From the NCBI GenBank assembly GCA_051362555.1, contig CM120646.1:1-64000 (forward strand): a stretch of 64,000 nucleotides of DNA, in the 5' to 3' direction. The stretch comes from Lingula anatina (taxonomy: Eukaryota; Animalia; Brachiopoda). This document shows positions 13,998 to 26,621 of this stretch, piece by piece. Each line of letters opens with the position of its first letter. Positions within the stretch are counted from its first letter, which is position 1. The notes under the pieces are model-generated. The model was not told the origin of the DNA. It did no database searches and saw only the letters and a list, made by a program, of their open reading frames with translations. Made by a program: the position numbers and the translations under genes.

Positions 13998-14440
13998 TAT
14001 TCCGCGTCTACAGCCGGGCCGCATGCTTCTTTCGTTTTAAGCGACTGTGAGAGCAGAGCCAGCATGTCGTCGTTGCCAGCTGTGGCTTCATTTCCCGCTG
14101 TTGTGTGGTCACGTGACTCGTCGAGATCGTCTTCATCTTCGACGTGTATATTATCATCCTCGTCCAAGGAATCATGTGCACCCATGTTTGCACTTATTCT
14201 TTGCACCACTGGCAAAATTGTGGACACCGCTTTTGTCAGCGTGTCTATCTGCGCCTGTAACTCCCGCGTCTGACATGTATGTTCGGCGCCATCTTTGTGT
14301 GAACCTCCACTGTAACCGACCTCATCTGAGGCGGGGCCTGAGCTCTCAAGCTCTTTAAGAGAAAAAATAACCTCTTTAGGTTTTGTTGCTCCAGTATCGG
14401 AGACGGCCCTGTCTTGGGACCTAGTGGTCGTCCCCATCAT
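13998..14440 (-). mobile_element. Fragment resembling gag/ORF1 of a DIRS-type (tyrosine recombinase) retroelement
   Basis: GC-richer block encoding a coiled coil (ELQAQIDTLTKAV), an acidic stretch and DDMLALLSQSLKTKEACGPAVDAE, which resembles the E..GP.V motif of invertebrate DIRS ORF1. It is truncated. Confidence 0.45.
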
Positions 14441-15140
14441 GATGTTTTTACAGAAACTGGTCTTAATGATTTTTTTCACTATCCAAGTAATTATGATGAA
14501 AAATTTATTGTACCTCTAGTATATCAAAAACTAATAGATATTAAACAACAAGCTATATTGTCAGAGATTAACGACTCGAGAAAGTGCTGGCTCTATAGAC
14601 ACCTCATCGACCGTGTTACTATTCAAACTTATCTTACAAAACCAATCCCGCTCCAGTTTAAGAAAATGATTAGTAAAATAAGATTATCATCCCATAAACT
14701 TGCAATTGAAACGGGCAGATACAGTAAAATTCCTATTTCACAAAGAAAATGTTCCTATTGCAATGATGTGGAGGACGAATTCCACTATATACTGGGTTGC
14801 TCTAGATATTTAGATTTAAGAAAAAGGTTCATCAAACCTTTCTACTGCAATAGACCCTCGGTGTTCAAATTGGTTCTCTTGCTGAATTCTTCCAGTAAGA
14901 AAGTATTACGTATGTAACCTGGCACGATATCTTAGCCAAGCAGGAAGGCTTCGGCATGAGATCTAATCTAATTTGATCTAATTTGATCCAATTTGATCTC
15001 ATTTGATTCAATTTGATTTAAATTGATTTATTTAAGTAGTTTATTTATTTAAGCACTCATGTATTTAATTTACTACAGGTATTATTATTATTGTTATGAT
15101 GATTATGATTGCGATTATTACTATTATAATTATTCTTTGT
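14441..15140 (+). mobile_element. 5'-truncated non-LTR retrotransposon (RTE-X-like) with simple-repeat tail
   Basis: KIRLSSHKLAIETGRY...CSYCNDVEDEFHYILGC (CCHC zinc knuckle of the ORF2 C-terminus), followed by (TCTAATTTGA)n and (ATT)n tails. Confidence 0.8.
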
Positions 15141-15249
15141 AATAACCCTATAGTTGTTGTAACTATAGTCGTTGTAATATTTGTACTAGTACTAGACTGA
15201 TGGTCCTCAAGAGACCAAGGTAATAAATAAATGAAATAGGAAATGAAAT

Positions 15250-15700
15250 CTTTGCCGTACCAGTAGCGAGCAGTGGTGTTTGGCGATCTTTATCTTTCTG
15301 CTTCTTGCCGCCGTCCCTCTTTCCACTGGCAGATTTACTGCCGCTCGCTTTCTCTAATTTGCTGTCGCTTCTTGAGCGCGTCTTATCCATGTCCTCTATT
15401 ATTGAACTGACCACATCAGTTGCTGATGTAGATTCAGCCATGGCGGTGACCTACTTATGGTCCCTTTGCCTAAAAGCTGTTCTCCGCTGTTCACCACGAA
15501 CACTGAATAGGAACAGCGTGTGGGAACGTAATCTACCGCTCGAAAGGTAGTAAAACAAAGTAATCAGAGATGGTAGCAAGTTGCTTGCTATCTCTCTATT
15601 GTAATATAGTCCAAAATATGGTCCAAAATATAAATCAGAATGAAGATTTTCTTGCAGCTAAAAACTCGCGTCCGATGACTTCCAGAAGTAAACTGTACAT
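15250..15700 (-). mobile_element. Possible 5' end (UTR plus ORF1 start) of a retroelement
   Basis: GC-richer block with an ATG at 15441 encoding basic MAESTSATDVV...GKKQKDKDRQ, abruptly truncated. Confidence 0.3.
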
Positions 15701-15759
15701 TGACCTCTCAGAAGCTTTGTGCATCTCACGTAATCTCATATGCAAATGAGGGTGGTAGA

Positions 15760-16010
15760 ATCTTCTTTGTTACGCTAAAATGATACATACGTTACCGATA
15801 CATACGTTACCATGAAGCGTGTAAATATTTATTCTATTTTCATTGGTTTTCTTTCGATTTGTGGGTCAACGCTTATGTCTTTTATTTGTGTTTCATTATA
15901 ATAGTGTTGGCGCACAAAAGGAAAGACAACCAATGAAATAGAATAAAAAATATTCACACGCTTTATGGTAACGTACATGTATGTATCATTTTAACGTAAC
16001 AAAGAAGAAT
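15760..16010. repeat. Imperfect foldback/palindrome (MITE-like); related sequence at ~13795-13900 and ~16300-16610
   Basis: tcttctttgttacgctaaaatgatacatac...gttttctttc pairs with gaaagacaacc...gtatgtatcattttaacgtaacaaagaaga. The string taatatgaaggtgttgttttctgattccatt occurs at both ~13801 and ~16468. Confidence 0.7.
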
Positions 16011-17771
16011 GAGCGACGTTATAACATACGTGCGCACATATACAACGTCGCACGCAACCACAGACTCGTGACAACAGAGAACAAACAATCAAATCAGAAA
16101 ACAATACCTTCACATTCTTTGGTAACGTGTGTATCGCTGACGTATGTATCATATATATACAATTTCAACAAACGGTTTCAAGTCAAGTTACCTTTACTTG
16201 CCATGCTTTTCCATCTTATTGTAATGTAGTATACCGTAAGAATAAGGCGTTTGCTCACAAAACGGACAACAAACAATAAAAAATAGAAGTATTTACACGT
16301 CACATGGTAACTATTTTCATTGGTTGTCTTTCGCTTTGTGCGCCAACACTTATGTCTTAATGTTACATTAAAATGAATGAAAACGAGACAAATAAGATTT
16401 TTTGCCTTCAAATATCTGTGAAAATTGTTCATATGATGCATACGTTACCAATATGCACATGCCTAAATAATATGAAGGTGTTGTTTTCTGATTCCATTCA
16501 TTTTTTACTGTTGTCACGGCTTGGTTTGTGTATGTGCGCACGTTTGTACGACGTTTATTCTGTTTGTTACTTCAGCATGATATATACGTTACCGATACAT
16601 ACGTTATGCAACCCAAAAATAATACCCGGAACTGTTTTAATAGATGCATCGTGAAGATTTGGCAGAGTACTAAGTTTTTGTGATTCAGACTACATTGTAC
16701 TTTTCTCTAATATTGGGCACCATTGAAAGAAAACGCAGGCGGCTTCATGTTGATTTATGGTTCAATCGAGATTTTTTTATTTGAAAATGACATTTACAAG
16801 ACATAGTAATAAAAATGTAAAAACGTCGTTATTGTATTCAGGTGGTATGTGTGTAATGTCCACAACCTCACCCATAGTCAGTAATCAAGACGTGTGATTT
16901 CAGTGTAGTGTGATATCTCTCCAGTCGCTTACATCGTTACATCAACTCTGGAAATTGGTTGCAAAATATGTGGTGTGCTTGAAAAATGTGTAGCCACGTT
17001 TTTCTTTGGTTGCAACCGAGATCCCCCAAAGTCTCACGACAAACCATGCTACACTGTAGTTACCCTCTTCTGACCATTTATTCTAAACACCGTATACTGG
17101 CACAACTCGACTTGTCACCTAGAGACCATTCCCAGAGTCAATCGTACTAACTTTATATCGAACTATCTCCGAAGGGATTCTTGCTTAATTGCAATTAACT
17201 TGGCCGGCTTAGCTGTCTGTCATACCTGCTGAAGCTGATAGGGGGTAATGAACTATCGTTTAGCAGCTTTAGTGGGCGTCCCAGACGTCTAAACTGCTTG
17301 GGCTACCCGTTGAGATGGGCCGATCCTGTTACATCGATTTAGGGATGGCACCCAGTCACATAGTGGTAAGTGTTTCAATGTTTTAAGTAGCTTCGTCTAG
17401 GGGATGGAATTGCTTTTTGAAGCTAGATGACTAGATATTGAGTTATTTTGTTCACTGAAAAGCTTGTTATCCAGTGAACTAAGAATGCTGGAATGCAACG
17501 TCTTCAGTAAACAAAAAATGACGACATGTAGTCATTTAGCTGCAATAGGAATATTTATTGCCATTACTTTTATCACGTACATGTAGCTACTTTTATAAGG
17601 GAACTCAAGACAAATTTTAACTTTAAAGGGAAATTATGAATAAAAATATTTAAACGACTTTTTCAAAAGTGTGATGAAGGAAATTTTAAATATCTACATT
17701 ATTTGTTTTAATAATTTTTCCTGTTTAAATCAGTTTTTCTTTTTCTTTTACTAGTCTTGTCACTCTTTATT

Positions 17772-17824
17772 CACGTTGTATTGTAACGTTGTATTGTAAC
17801 GTTGTATTGTAACGTTATATTGTA
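17772..17824. repeat. 13-bp tandem repeat (AACGTTGTATTGT) x4
   Basis: Direct inspection. Confidence 0.85.
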
Positions 17825-17850
17825 AAGTCTGCTGAACAAGTTGGAATTTA

Positions 17851-18065
17851 GAGTGCATTCCCACAAATTTAGATCGATCCATCTGGATCGACCTAACTCC
17901 CTGGGGGTTCACGCTAAATTGCTGTCAGTCGAGCGGTCACGAAAGTTAATTACCCCCTTACAGCTTTTAGTAGGCGGGAAAGACATTTAAGCCGGCTAAG
18001 CTGACAGTAATCTAGTGAGATTCCCCACGGGGATAGATCGATCTAAAATCTGTAGGAATGCAGTC
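17851..18065. mobile_element. MITE, PIF/Harbinger-like (TTA target-site duplication)
   Basis: Terminal inverted repeats gagtgcattcccacaaatttagatcgatc and gatcgatctaaaatctgtaggaatgcagtc, flanked by TTA on both sides. Confidence 0.8.
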
Positions 18066-19181
18066 TTAGACTTAAATACTATCATTATTATTATTATTAT
18101 TAAACCAGTACCGTAAAATCAAGCGGGTTTGGGGGAGAGGGGGTCAGAAATAATGGCAGACTAGTCTGTTAAGCGTTGCAACAAATAAATGCTAACAGAA
18201 GTTATATAAAGATGTTTTCTCTGGTTATTTCCTGTTATATTTATTATGGTTATAGTCTATTGCACGACAATAGGAATTCATAACGTTGAGGGTGCCACTT
18301 CTGTACAGCTTTCCAAGAAGACATTCCCTCTCACACTGTGACTCAGACTGGCTACTTCCGGGCAGGGTGAGCAGCAAAATGCCGGAAATTTTATATATTT
18401 TGTACCTTTTAACTGCGTATTTCAAATGTAAATTAATATAAATAATCTATAGCCATCTCCTGCGACACAGATAGTATAGACATTTTGCTCCAAACTGATC
18501 TCTGTTCAACAGTTTGTCTAAGGCACGCGGTCTATTTTGAAGTTAACATAAAACTGCAAGGCCAGTGATAACAGTACTTAGATATATGAAAGAGAAACAT
18601 CCAGAAGTAGTAAGGGGTTCAATTGTTACATCCAGGAGGTTTAAAAAACGTTTTCTCAATTTCAACAGAAATAAATAAATAACTCAAAACAAAAAGCTAT
18701 TTATCATAACATTTATTTCATAAATGTATAACGAAATGAAACAGAATTTTCAAAAAAAGAAAAATGGAAGTGATTCAAAGGAAAACTACATCCTATAACC
18801 AGGGAAGGGAGGTCAGCTGATCCTCTGGGAGATCTACATGTAGGTAGCTGCAGATTTCTGTATGAAGTATCGCTGTCCTATGTCCCCGGCAGAGCGTTTG
18901 CACACTGAAAAAGTGTGAAATATGAACACTGATGTATTTTATAGGTAAAAGAAAAATCATTTAAAACTCATTCAAAACTTTCTTTTAAAACTTCGTAAAA
19001 ATTAACCGTATTGACAATAAACCAATGTAACTATTGACAAATGTATTTCCAATGTTGTTATTAAATGTGTAGCAAAGTAAATGACGAACTGGCAATAGGA
19101 ATGTACATGTTCTAAAGAAACTTTGACAATAGATATATAGAACATAACTAAAAGAAAATATTATTTACCGAACTAGAAGTT

Positions 19182-19868
19182 TTAATATTTGCCGTATCCG
19201 TAGCCAGCGCCGTAGCCGTAGCCGTGACCGTAGCCGAGACCAAGAGCCTTGCCAGCGTAGCCGAGACCAGCACCATATCCGTAGCTGCGGAGACCGCCAG
19301 CAAGACCGTAGCCAGCACCGTAGCCTCCGAGACCAGCATAGCCCAGACCACCGTAATGACCACCGCCGATGACGGTACGCTGGACGGTGTAGCCTTTCAC
19401 TGGGACTGGGACGACGTTCTTCACCAGTTTACTGCCATGGACAGGTACAACCTTGACTGTTGGAACCTTGACAAGTTTATAGCTTGGAACCTTCACGTAG
19501 TTGAGGGTTGGGACCTGAAGGGAGAGAGAAAAACTAGATCATTTCAATTGCTTCTTACTTTGTTGTCTTAACCGTGATTCATTTCTATTATGATGAAAAT
19601 ATTCATTAATTGGAAATATATTGTGCAAAGATTCATATTTACTATAATACCACATATTGCTCCTAATTGACTCCGTTACTAAATATTTATAGATATTAAA
19701 ATCTGTCTTAACATTTAATACTTGTCACATATTTTTCAATGAGCTGCTTACCTTGTGGACCTTGATGGCCTTCTTGTAGGTGACAAAAGGCTTGACGTGT
19801 TCGGAAACCTTCTTGTAGTTGGCAGAAGCCACGGCGAAGAGGCAAAGGAGAGTAATAGCAACCTTCAT
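19182..19868 (-). CDS. Secreted Val/Lys/Pro-rich plus Gly/Tyr-rich structural protein, copy A (149 aa); exons 19868-19752 and 19514-19182
   Basis: Signal peptide MKVAITLLCLFAVASA, AAG|GTAAGC donor, cttcag| acceptor, 237-bp phase-0 intron. The protein has a VKVP-rich middle and a GYG/GLG-rich tail ending GKY. Confidence 0.92.
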
Positions 19869-19961
19869 GGTTCGGCTGGAAGACGGTGTAGTGGTCAGCT
19901 GGCGTCAGATGGACACTACAGGTGATAGCTGAGGTGTGAACGGACAGTTAAAGGTGTGTCC

Positions 19962-19968
19962 TTTTATA
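19962..19968 (-). promoter_or_regulatory. TATA box (TATAAAA) of Gly/Tyr-rich gene copy A
   Basis: cctataaaag on the minus strand about 95 bp upstream of the ATG. Confidence 0.7.
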
Positions 19969-20631
19969 GGTGCCTCCAAATTAATACAAGATGCTCTAAT
20001 CTGATCAGGGCACTTACAATTTTTGAAGATGCGATCGTCGTGTTTAAAACTTCATTATCCATTATCTGAACATCGTAAAAGACTATCGTGTTTTAGACAC
20101 TTTATCTCCAACCTGACACTTAGTGTAAGATATTATCTCCGACCTGACACTTAGGTAAAGATAAATGACAGCCATGTATTGTATTTTGTTCTTGGTAATA
20201 AGCAGATAATTAGTGCCAGTATCTTGAAATGGTGCTTTAGAAAGATACCTTTCTTTGGAAATAATCCCACACTTTCTACTGACACTTTCATGACCAACTA
20301 CCATGCTGTAATATGGAATATCTACTGTAACAAGTGGTTTTTAATACTCTATTTTGAATAATAGTCAAATGTGATTTTTTTCCTTTAATACTCTATTTTG
20401 GTATGCACTCTAACACTAAAATGGCAAAAAAGGGCTATACAGTATTATTTTTTAAGAAAAAGTATAACCGTTAAATTCTCGGTTCTAGTCATAACAAAGT
20501 GCACCTTTCCCTATTCAACTTTGTCGTGTAAGAGGCGAAAAACAGAACTGTTATCGCTTGAAATTTAAAAGCAGTTAGTCGCGTTTCTAACTGTGGTCAA
20601 CTCCAAACAGTAAGAACACCTTCCAAGGCTC

Positions 20632-21222
20632 TGTCACTCCTAGCGTAAAGAGGTACGTATAAGTAGCCTATGTCACTCCTAGCGTAAAGAGGTACGTGTA
20701 AGTAGCCTATGTCACTCCAAGCGTAAAGAGGTACGTGTAAGTAGCCTATGTCACTCCTAGCGTAAAGAGGTACGTATAAGTAGCCTATGTCACTCCTAGC
20801 GTAAAGAGGTACGTATAAGTAGCCTATGTCACTCCTAGCGTAAAGAGGTACGTATAAGTAGCCTATGTCACTCCTAGCGTAAAGAGGTACGTATAAGTAG
20901 CCTATGTCACTCCTAGCGTAAAGAGGTACGTGTAAGTAGCCTATGTCACTCCTAGCGTAAAGAGGTACGTGTAAGTAGCCTATGTCACTCCTAGCGTAAA
21001 GAGGTACGTATAAGTAGCCTATGTCACTCCTAGCGTAAAGAGGTACGTGTAAGTAGCCTATGTCACTCCTAGCGTAAAGAGGTACGTATAAGTAGCCTAT
21101 GTCACTCCTAGCGTAAAGAGGTACGTATAAGTAGCCTATGTCACTCCTAGCGTAAAAAGGTACGTATAAGTAGCCTATGTCACTCCTAGCGTAAAGAAGT
21201 ACGTATAAGTAGCCTATGTCAC
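20632..21222. repeat. 39-bp minisatellite, ~15 copies
   Basis: Unit tgtcactcctagcgtaaagaggtacgtataagtagccta. Confidence 0.97.
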
Positions 21223-21626
21223 ATCGATTAAAGGCACAACATTCAGCATATGGAATCGCCCAGTTTTCCAGCGTATGAAATAAACATAAAGCAGCATATG
21301 AATTTGTTTTATGAAAATGCTTAAAACAATTTATCTCCCTCCGCTTATGCAAATGAACACCAACGTTTACAAACGTACTAGAGACGTATACGACTTAAGT
21401 TTAACGATTCCCATGCGTTTGTCTGAGTATGGCAATTTTTCTCATACATTAGTGCTATTCGCTTATTTTTACTGTGCCACATGTGACACTTCACTGTACA
21501 ACTGCTGCATGCATATGTGTATACCAGTATATTGTTTAAAAAATGCCGTTGAACAAAGATTCGAAATAGATCTACGTCAATTTACAGCGTCTGTTTTACC
21601 ATTCAACCCGTTGTCAACTTTGTCCA

Positions 21627-23803
21627 TAAACAAAGGAACAGACACACTAAGTCCTGGAGTACTGCCAGACACAAACACCTTGCTGTAATCTCTGTAAACA
21701 AAGGAACAGACACACTAAGTCCTGGAGTACTGCCAGACACATACACCTTGCTGTAATCTCTGTAAACAAAGGAACAGACACACTAAGTCCTGGAGTACTG
21801 CCAGACACAAGCACCTTGCTGTAATCTCTGTAAACAAAGGAACAGACACACTAAGTCCTGGAGTACTGCCAGACACAAACACCTTGCTGTAATCTCTGTA
21901 AACAAAGGAACAGACACACTAAGTCCTGGAGTATTGCCAGACACAAACACCTTGCTGTAATCTCTGTAAACAAAGGAACAGACACACTAAGTCCTGGAGT
22001 ACTGCCAGACACAAACACCTTGCTGTAATCTCTGTAAACAAAGGAACAGACACACTAAGTCCCGGAGTACTGCCAGACACATACACCTTGCTGTAATCTC
22101 TGTAAACAAAGGAACAGACACACTAAGTCCTGGAGTACTGCCAGACACAAACACCTTGCTGTAATCTCTGTAAACAAAGGAACAGACACACTAAGTCCTG
22201 GAGTACTGCCAGACACATACACCTTGCTGTAATCTCTGTAAACAAAGGAACAGACACACTAAGTCCTGGAGTACTGCCAGACACAAACACCTTGCTGTAA
22301 TCTCTGTAAACAAAGGAACAGACACACTAAGTCCTGGAGTACTGCCAGACACAAACACCTTGCTGTAATCTCTGTAAACAAAGGAACAGACACACTAAGT
22401 CCTGGAGTACTGCCAGACACAAACACCTTGCTGTAATCTCTGTAAACAAAGGAACAGACACACTAAGTCCTGGAGTACTGCCAGACACAAACACCTTGCT
22501 GTAATCTCTGTAAACAAAGGAACAGACACACTAAGTCCTGGAGTACTGCCAGACACAAACACCTTGCTGTAATCTCTGTAAACAAAGGAACAGACACACT
22601 AAGTCCTGGAGTACTGCCAGACACATACACCTTGCTGTAATCTTTGTAAACAAAGGAACAGACACACTAAGTCCTGGAGTACTGCCAGACACAAACACCT
22701 TGCTGTAATCTCTGTAAACAAAGGAACAGACACACTAAGTCCTGGAGTACTGCCAGACACATACACCTTGCTGTAATCTCTGTAAACAAAGGAACAGACA
22801 CACTAAGTCCTGGAGTACTGCCAGACACAAACACCTTGCTGTAATCTCTGTAAACAAAGGAACAGACACACTAAGTCCTGGAGTACTGCCAGACACAAAC
22901 ACCTTGCTGTAATCTCTGTAAACAAAGGAACAGACACACTAAGTCCTGGAGTACTGCCAGACACAAACACCTTGCTGTAATCTCTGTAAACAAAGGAACA
23001 GACACACTAAGTCCTGGAGTACTGCCAGACACATACACCTTGCTGTAATCTTTGTAAACAAAGGAACAGACACACTAAGTCCTGGAGTACTGCCAGACAC
23101 AAACACCTTGCTGTAATCTCTGTAAACAAAGGAACAGACACACTAAGTCCTGGAGTACTGCCAGACACATACACCTTGCTGTAATCTCTGTAAACAAAGG
23201 AACAGACACACTAAGTCCTGGAGTACTGCCAGACACAAACACCTTGCTGTAATCTCTGTAAACAAAGGAACAGATATACTAAGTCCTGGAGTACTGCCAG
23301 ACACATACACCTTGCTGTAATCTCTGTAAACAAAGGAACAGACACACTAAGTCCTGGAGTACTGCCAGACACAAACACCTTGCTGTAATCTCTGTAAACA
23401 AAGGAACAGATATACTAAGTCCTGGAGTACTGCCAGACACAAACACCTTGCTGTAATCTCTGTAAACAAAGGAACAGACACACTAAGTCCTGGAGTACTG
23501 CCAGACACAAACACCTTGCTGTAATCTCTGTAAACAAAGGAACAGACACACTAAGTCCTGGAGTACTGCCAGACATAAACACCTTGCTGTAATCTCTGTA
23601 AACAAAGGAAAAGACACACTAAGTCCTGGAGTACTGCCAGACACATACACCTTGCTGTAATCTCTGTAAACAAAGGAACAGACACACTAAGTCCTGGAGT
23701 ACTGCCAGACATAAACACCTTGCTGTAATCTCTGTAAACAAAGGAAAAGACACACTAAGTCCTGGAGTACTGCCAGACATAAACACCTTGCTGCAATCTC
23801 TGC
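21627..23803. repeat. 68-bp minisatellite, ~32 highly homogeneous copies
   Basis: Unit taaacaaaggaacagacacactaagtcctggagtactgccagacacaaacaccttgctgtaatctctg. Confidence 0.98.
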
Positions 23804-24687
23804 AATGTAAGAAAATCGAACTTAGCAAATATTTATTTGTATGAATATTATGTAGGTGGACGGGCTGGGAAGTTTCTTTCGTCGTATACGTGTACCTGTG
23901 AGTGTAAAACAATTTTTTTCTTGTCACTTCTGTTGTGTTTAGAAATCATGAAATGGAAACGTGTGAGATTCAGCACATTGGTGCAGAACATAAATCAAGT
24001 TATTTTGGTTGAATTAATACTCTTAGTGACATATTGCGGGCATTCTTATATAAGTGAGATCGTATCGGCACTGAAGAATTTTTACACGATCAAAATAAAT
24101 TAAAAGTGGGCAGCGCACAACTCAGCAACTGACACATGGGCTTTGTTTGAAATGATGACGCTGCAGATACAGGTGAATTTTGAGATGATTTTCAAAGGAG
24201 AATGAGATATTTATTAATTACTGTGTTCAGAGAGGAAAACGAAAGGGATATGTCACTGCAGTAGACAACAATTGGTTACAAAAAACGTTCAGGGCCTACG
24301 TTCATGGAGTAATCACATGGCAGTAGACGGAGATTGAATCTGTTCAGGTCCAAATTACAGAGGTGTCAATTGTTTTAAGTGGAGTCAATTGTGTCACTTA
24401 GTATCAATGCCCTTTTCTTAGGCTTCGTGTAAAAAAGAAAAATAGCACTGTTGTTGATAGGTTGTCCTTGTCACGGACCAGCCGCACGTTTAGTGTATGT
24501 TCTGTATAAAGAACAAAACGCTATTCATTAAAATGGACATTAAGCGTGTGATATATTTGAAAAGATGGTGATGATAAAATTGGAACCGACGTTGTCTGTT
24601 ATCTTAACTCTGTGATGCTAATGAGTCAGTATAAAATTATATTCAGTGGCTACCTCTCGTCTACCTCTATATGTATATTGTTATCCC

Positions 24688-24927
24688 TTTTTACCTCCGC
24701 CAAGGAGGTTTTGTTTTCACCCCTGTTTGCCTGTTTGTCTGTCATCAACTTAACTCAAAAAGTTATGGACCGATTTTGATGAAATTTTCAGGAACTGTCA
24801 GAAGTGGGCCAAGGAAGAGATGATTAATTTTTGGTGGTGAAGCGGATCAACAATCAATCAATAATCAATAATAATCAAAAATCGCTGCCTTGGCGGAGGT
24901 CTGCGCTCTCGGAGTGCTTATCTACTG
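24688..24927 (+). mobile_element. Non-autonomous Helentron-associated element (HINE / DINE-1-like)
   Basis: Subterminal inverted repeats ACCTCCGCCAAGG...CCTTGGCGGAGGT, internal (TGTT/TGTC) microsatellite, 3' hairpin gcgctctcggagtgc, inserted in a T-run. Confidence 0.75.
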
Positions 24928-24989
24928 TAGTTCAGTCTGCTTTTAGTGCATGTAGTTTTTAAACTGTGTACTGTGAACCACATCATTTC

Positions 24990-25248
24990 CTTTCCCCGTC
25001 ACTTTCCTATGCCTTGTGTTTATTATTTGCTTTCCCTGTCACTTTCCTATGCCTTGTGTTTATTATTTGCTTTACCCGTCACTTTCCTATGCCTTGTGGG
25101 TTGTTTTTTATTTCCTTTACCCGTCACTTTCCTATGCCTTGTGGGTTGTTTATTATTTCCTTTACCCGTCACTTTCCATGCCTTGTGGGTTGTTTATTAT
25201 TTGCTTTACCCGTCACTTTCCTATGCCTTGTGGGTTGTTTATTATTTA
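24990..25248. repeat. 38-45-bp minisatellite, ~6 copies
   Basis: Unit tttacccgtcactttcctatgccttgtgggttgtttattattt(g/c)c. Confidence 0.9.
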
Positions 25249-25934
25249 CGACTCAACCTGCACATAAACTGTTTTTCTTTTAAATTTCTTCCAAACAAAG
25301 GCAGAGTTTAATTTTTACTGAAAGCAAACGATTCTTGAAGATTCTATCCGCCTGCCGCATCTCTCTTTAATAGAAAAACAAAACATTTTAAACTTTTCTT
25401 CCCTTTTGTTTATCTGAGATGGTAATATCATTTTATTCGTATTTTAATATAAATGTACAATGCCTGAAAAACTTTATAATCATTATTCTATTCCTATTAT
25501 TTCAACTCATCTGGCTGACACTAGCAGTTTCTCGGACAGAATGATTAAGAGAGATTTATGGTCGCTATAATGTTAGACAATCTTATCATTTGAATAAGTT
25601 CCCAGATTAAAGATAATTGAAGACCCCACACAGTATAGTTATAGTGCCATGCATCTCTTGACTGCAACAGTTCGCTCTATGATGTATTCCCCGTGTCAGA
25701 CAACTGACAGCAGACATCGCACGTGATTCGTTAAGATTAAATCGTTTTTGGAATGTCTATAGTCATTAAGATTAAGCAATCTTTTGACAAAGCCTTAATT
25801 CTAAATTATGCATATAAATGAAAGGGAGTGGCCTTTAAAAAAGACGCACCTTGACCTGTCCGTTCACACCTCAGCTATCACCTGTAGTGTCCATCCGACG
25901 CCCGCTGACCACTACACCGTCTTCCAGCCGAACC

Positions 25935-26621
25935 ATGAAGGTTGCTTTTGCTCTCCTTTGCCTCTTCGCCGTGGCTTCTGCTAACTACAAGAAGGTTTCC
26001 GAACACGTCAAGCCTTTTGTCACCTACAAGAAGGCCATCAAGGTCCACAAGGTAAGCAGCTCATTGAAAAATATGTGACAAGTATTAAATGTTAAGACAG
26101 ATTTTAATATCTATAAATATTTAGTAACGGAGTCAATTAGGAGCAATATGTGGTATTATAGTAAATATGAATCTTTGCACAATATATTTCCAATTAATGA
26201 ATATTTTCATCATAATAGAAATAAATCACGGTTAAGAAAACAAAGTAAGAGGCAATTGAAATGATCTAGTTTTTCTCTCTCCCTTCAGGTCCCAACCCTC
26301 AACTACGTGAAGGTTCCAAGCTATAAACTTGTCAAGGTTCCAACAGTCAAGGTTGTACCTGTCCATGGAAGTAAACTGGTGAAGAACGTCGTCCCAGTCC
26401 CAGTGAAGGGCTACACCGTCCAGCGTACCGTCATCGGCGGTGGTCATTACGGTGGTCTGGGCTATGCTGATCTCGGTGGCTACGGTGCTGGCTACGGTCT
26501 TGCTAGCGGTCTCCGCAGCTACGGATATGGTGCTGGTCTCGGCTACGCTGGCAAGGCTCTTGGCCTCGGCTACGGTCACGGCTACGGCTACGGCGCTGGC
26601 TACGGATACGGCAAACATTAA
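25935..26621 (+). CDS. Secreted Val/Lys/Pro plus Gly/Tyr-rich structural protein, copy B (149 aa); exons 25935-26051 and 26289-26621
   Basis: Signal peptide MKVAFALLCLFAVASA. Same 237-bp intron and splice sites as copy A. Ends GKH. Confidence 0.92.

Noticed and set aside
15740-15747. Octamer motif ATGCAAAT suggesting an snRNA or histone promoter
   Set aside because: No proximal sequence element or recognisable RNA gene nearby, and it borders a repeat.
20597-21352. 251-aa ORF with ARSDIGYLYVPLY repeats
   Set aside because: A 39-bp minisatellite that happens to be stop-free in one frame. No splice, signal or domain support.
21627-23803. Regular arrays (also 13028-13768 and 40128-41600) as CRISPR-like loci
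   Set aside because: Units are head-to-tail with no unique spacers, there are no cas genes, and the context is eukaryotic.
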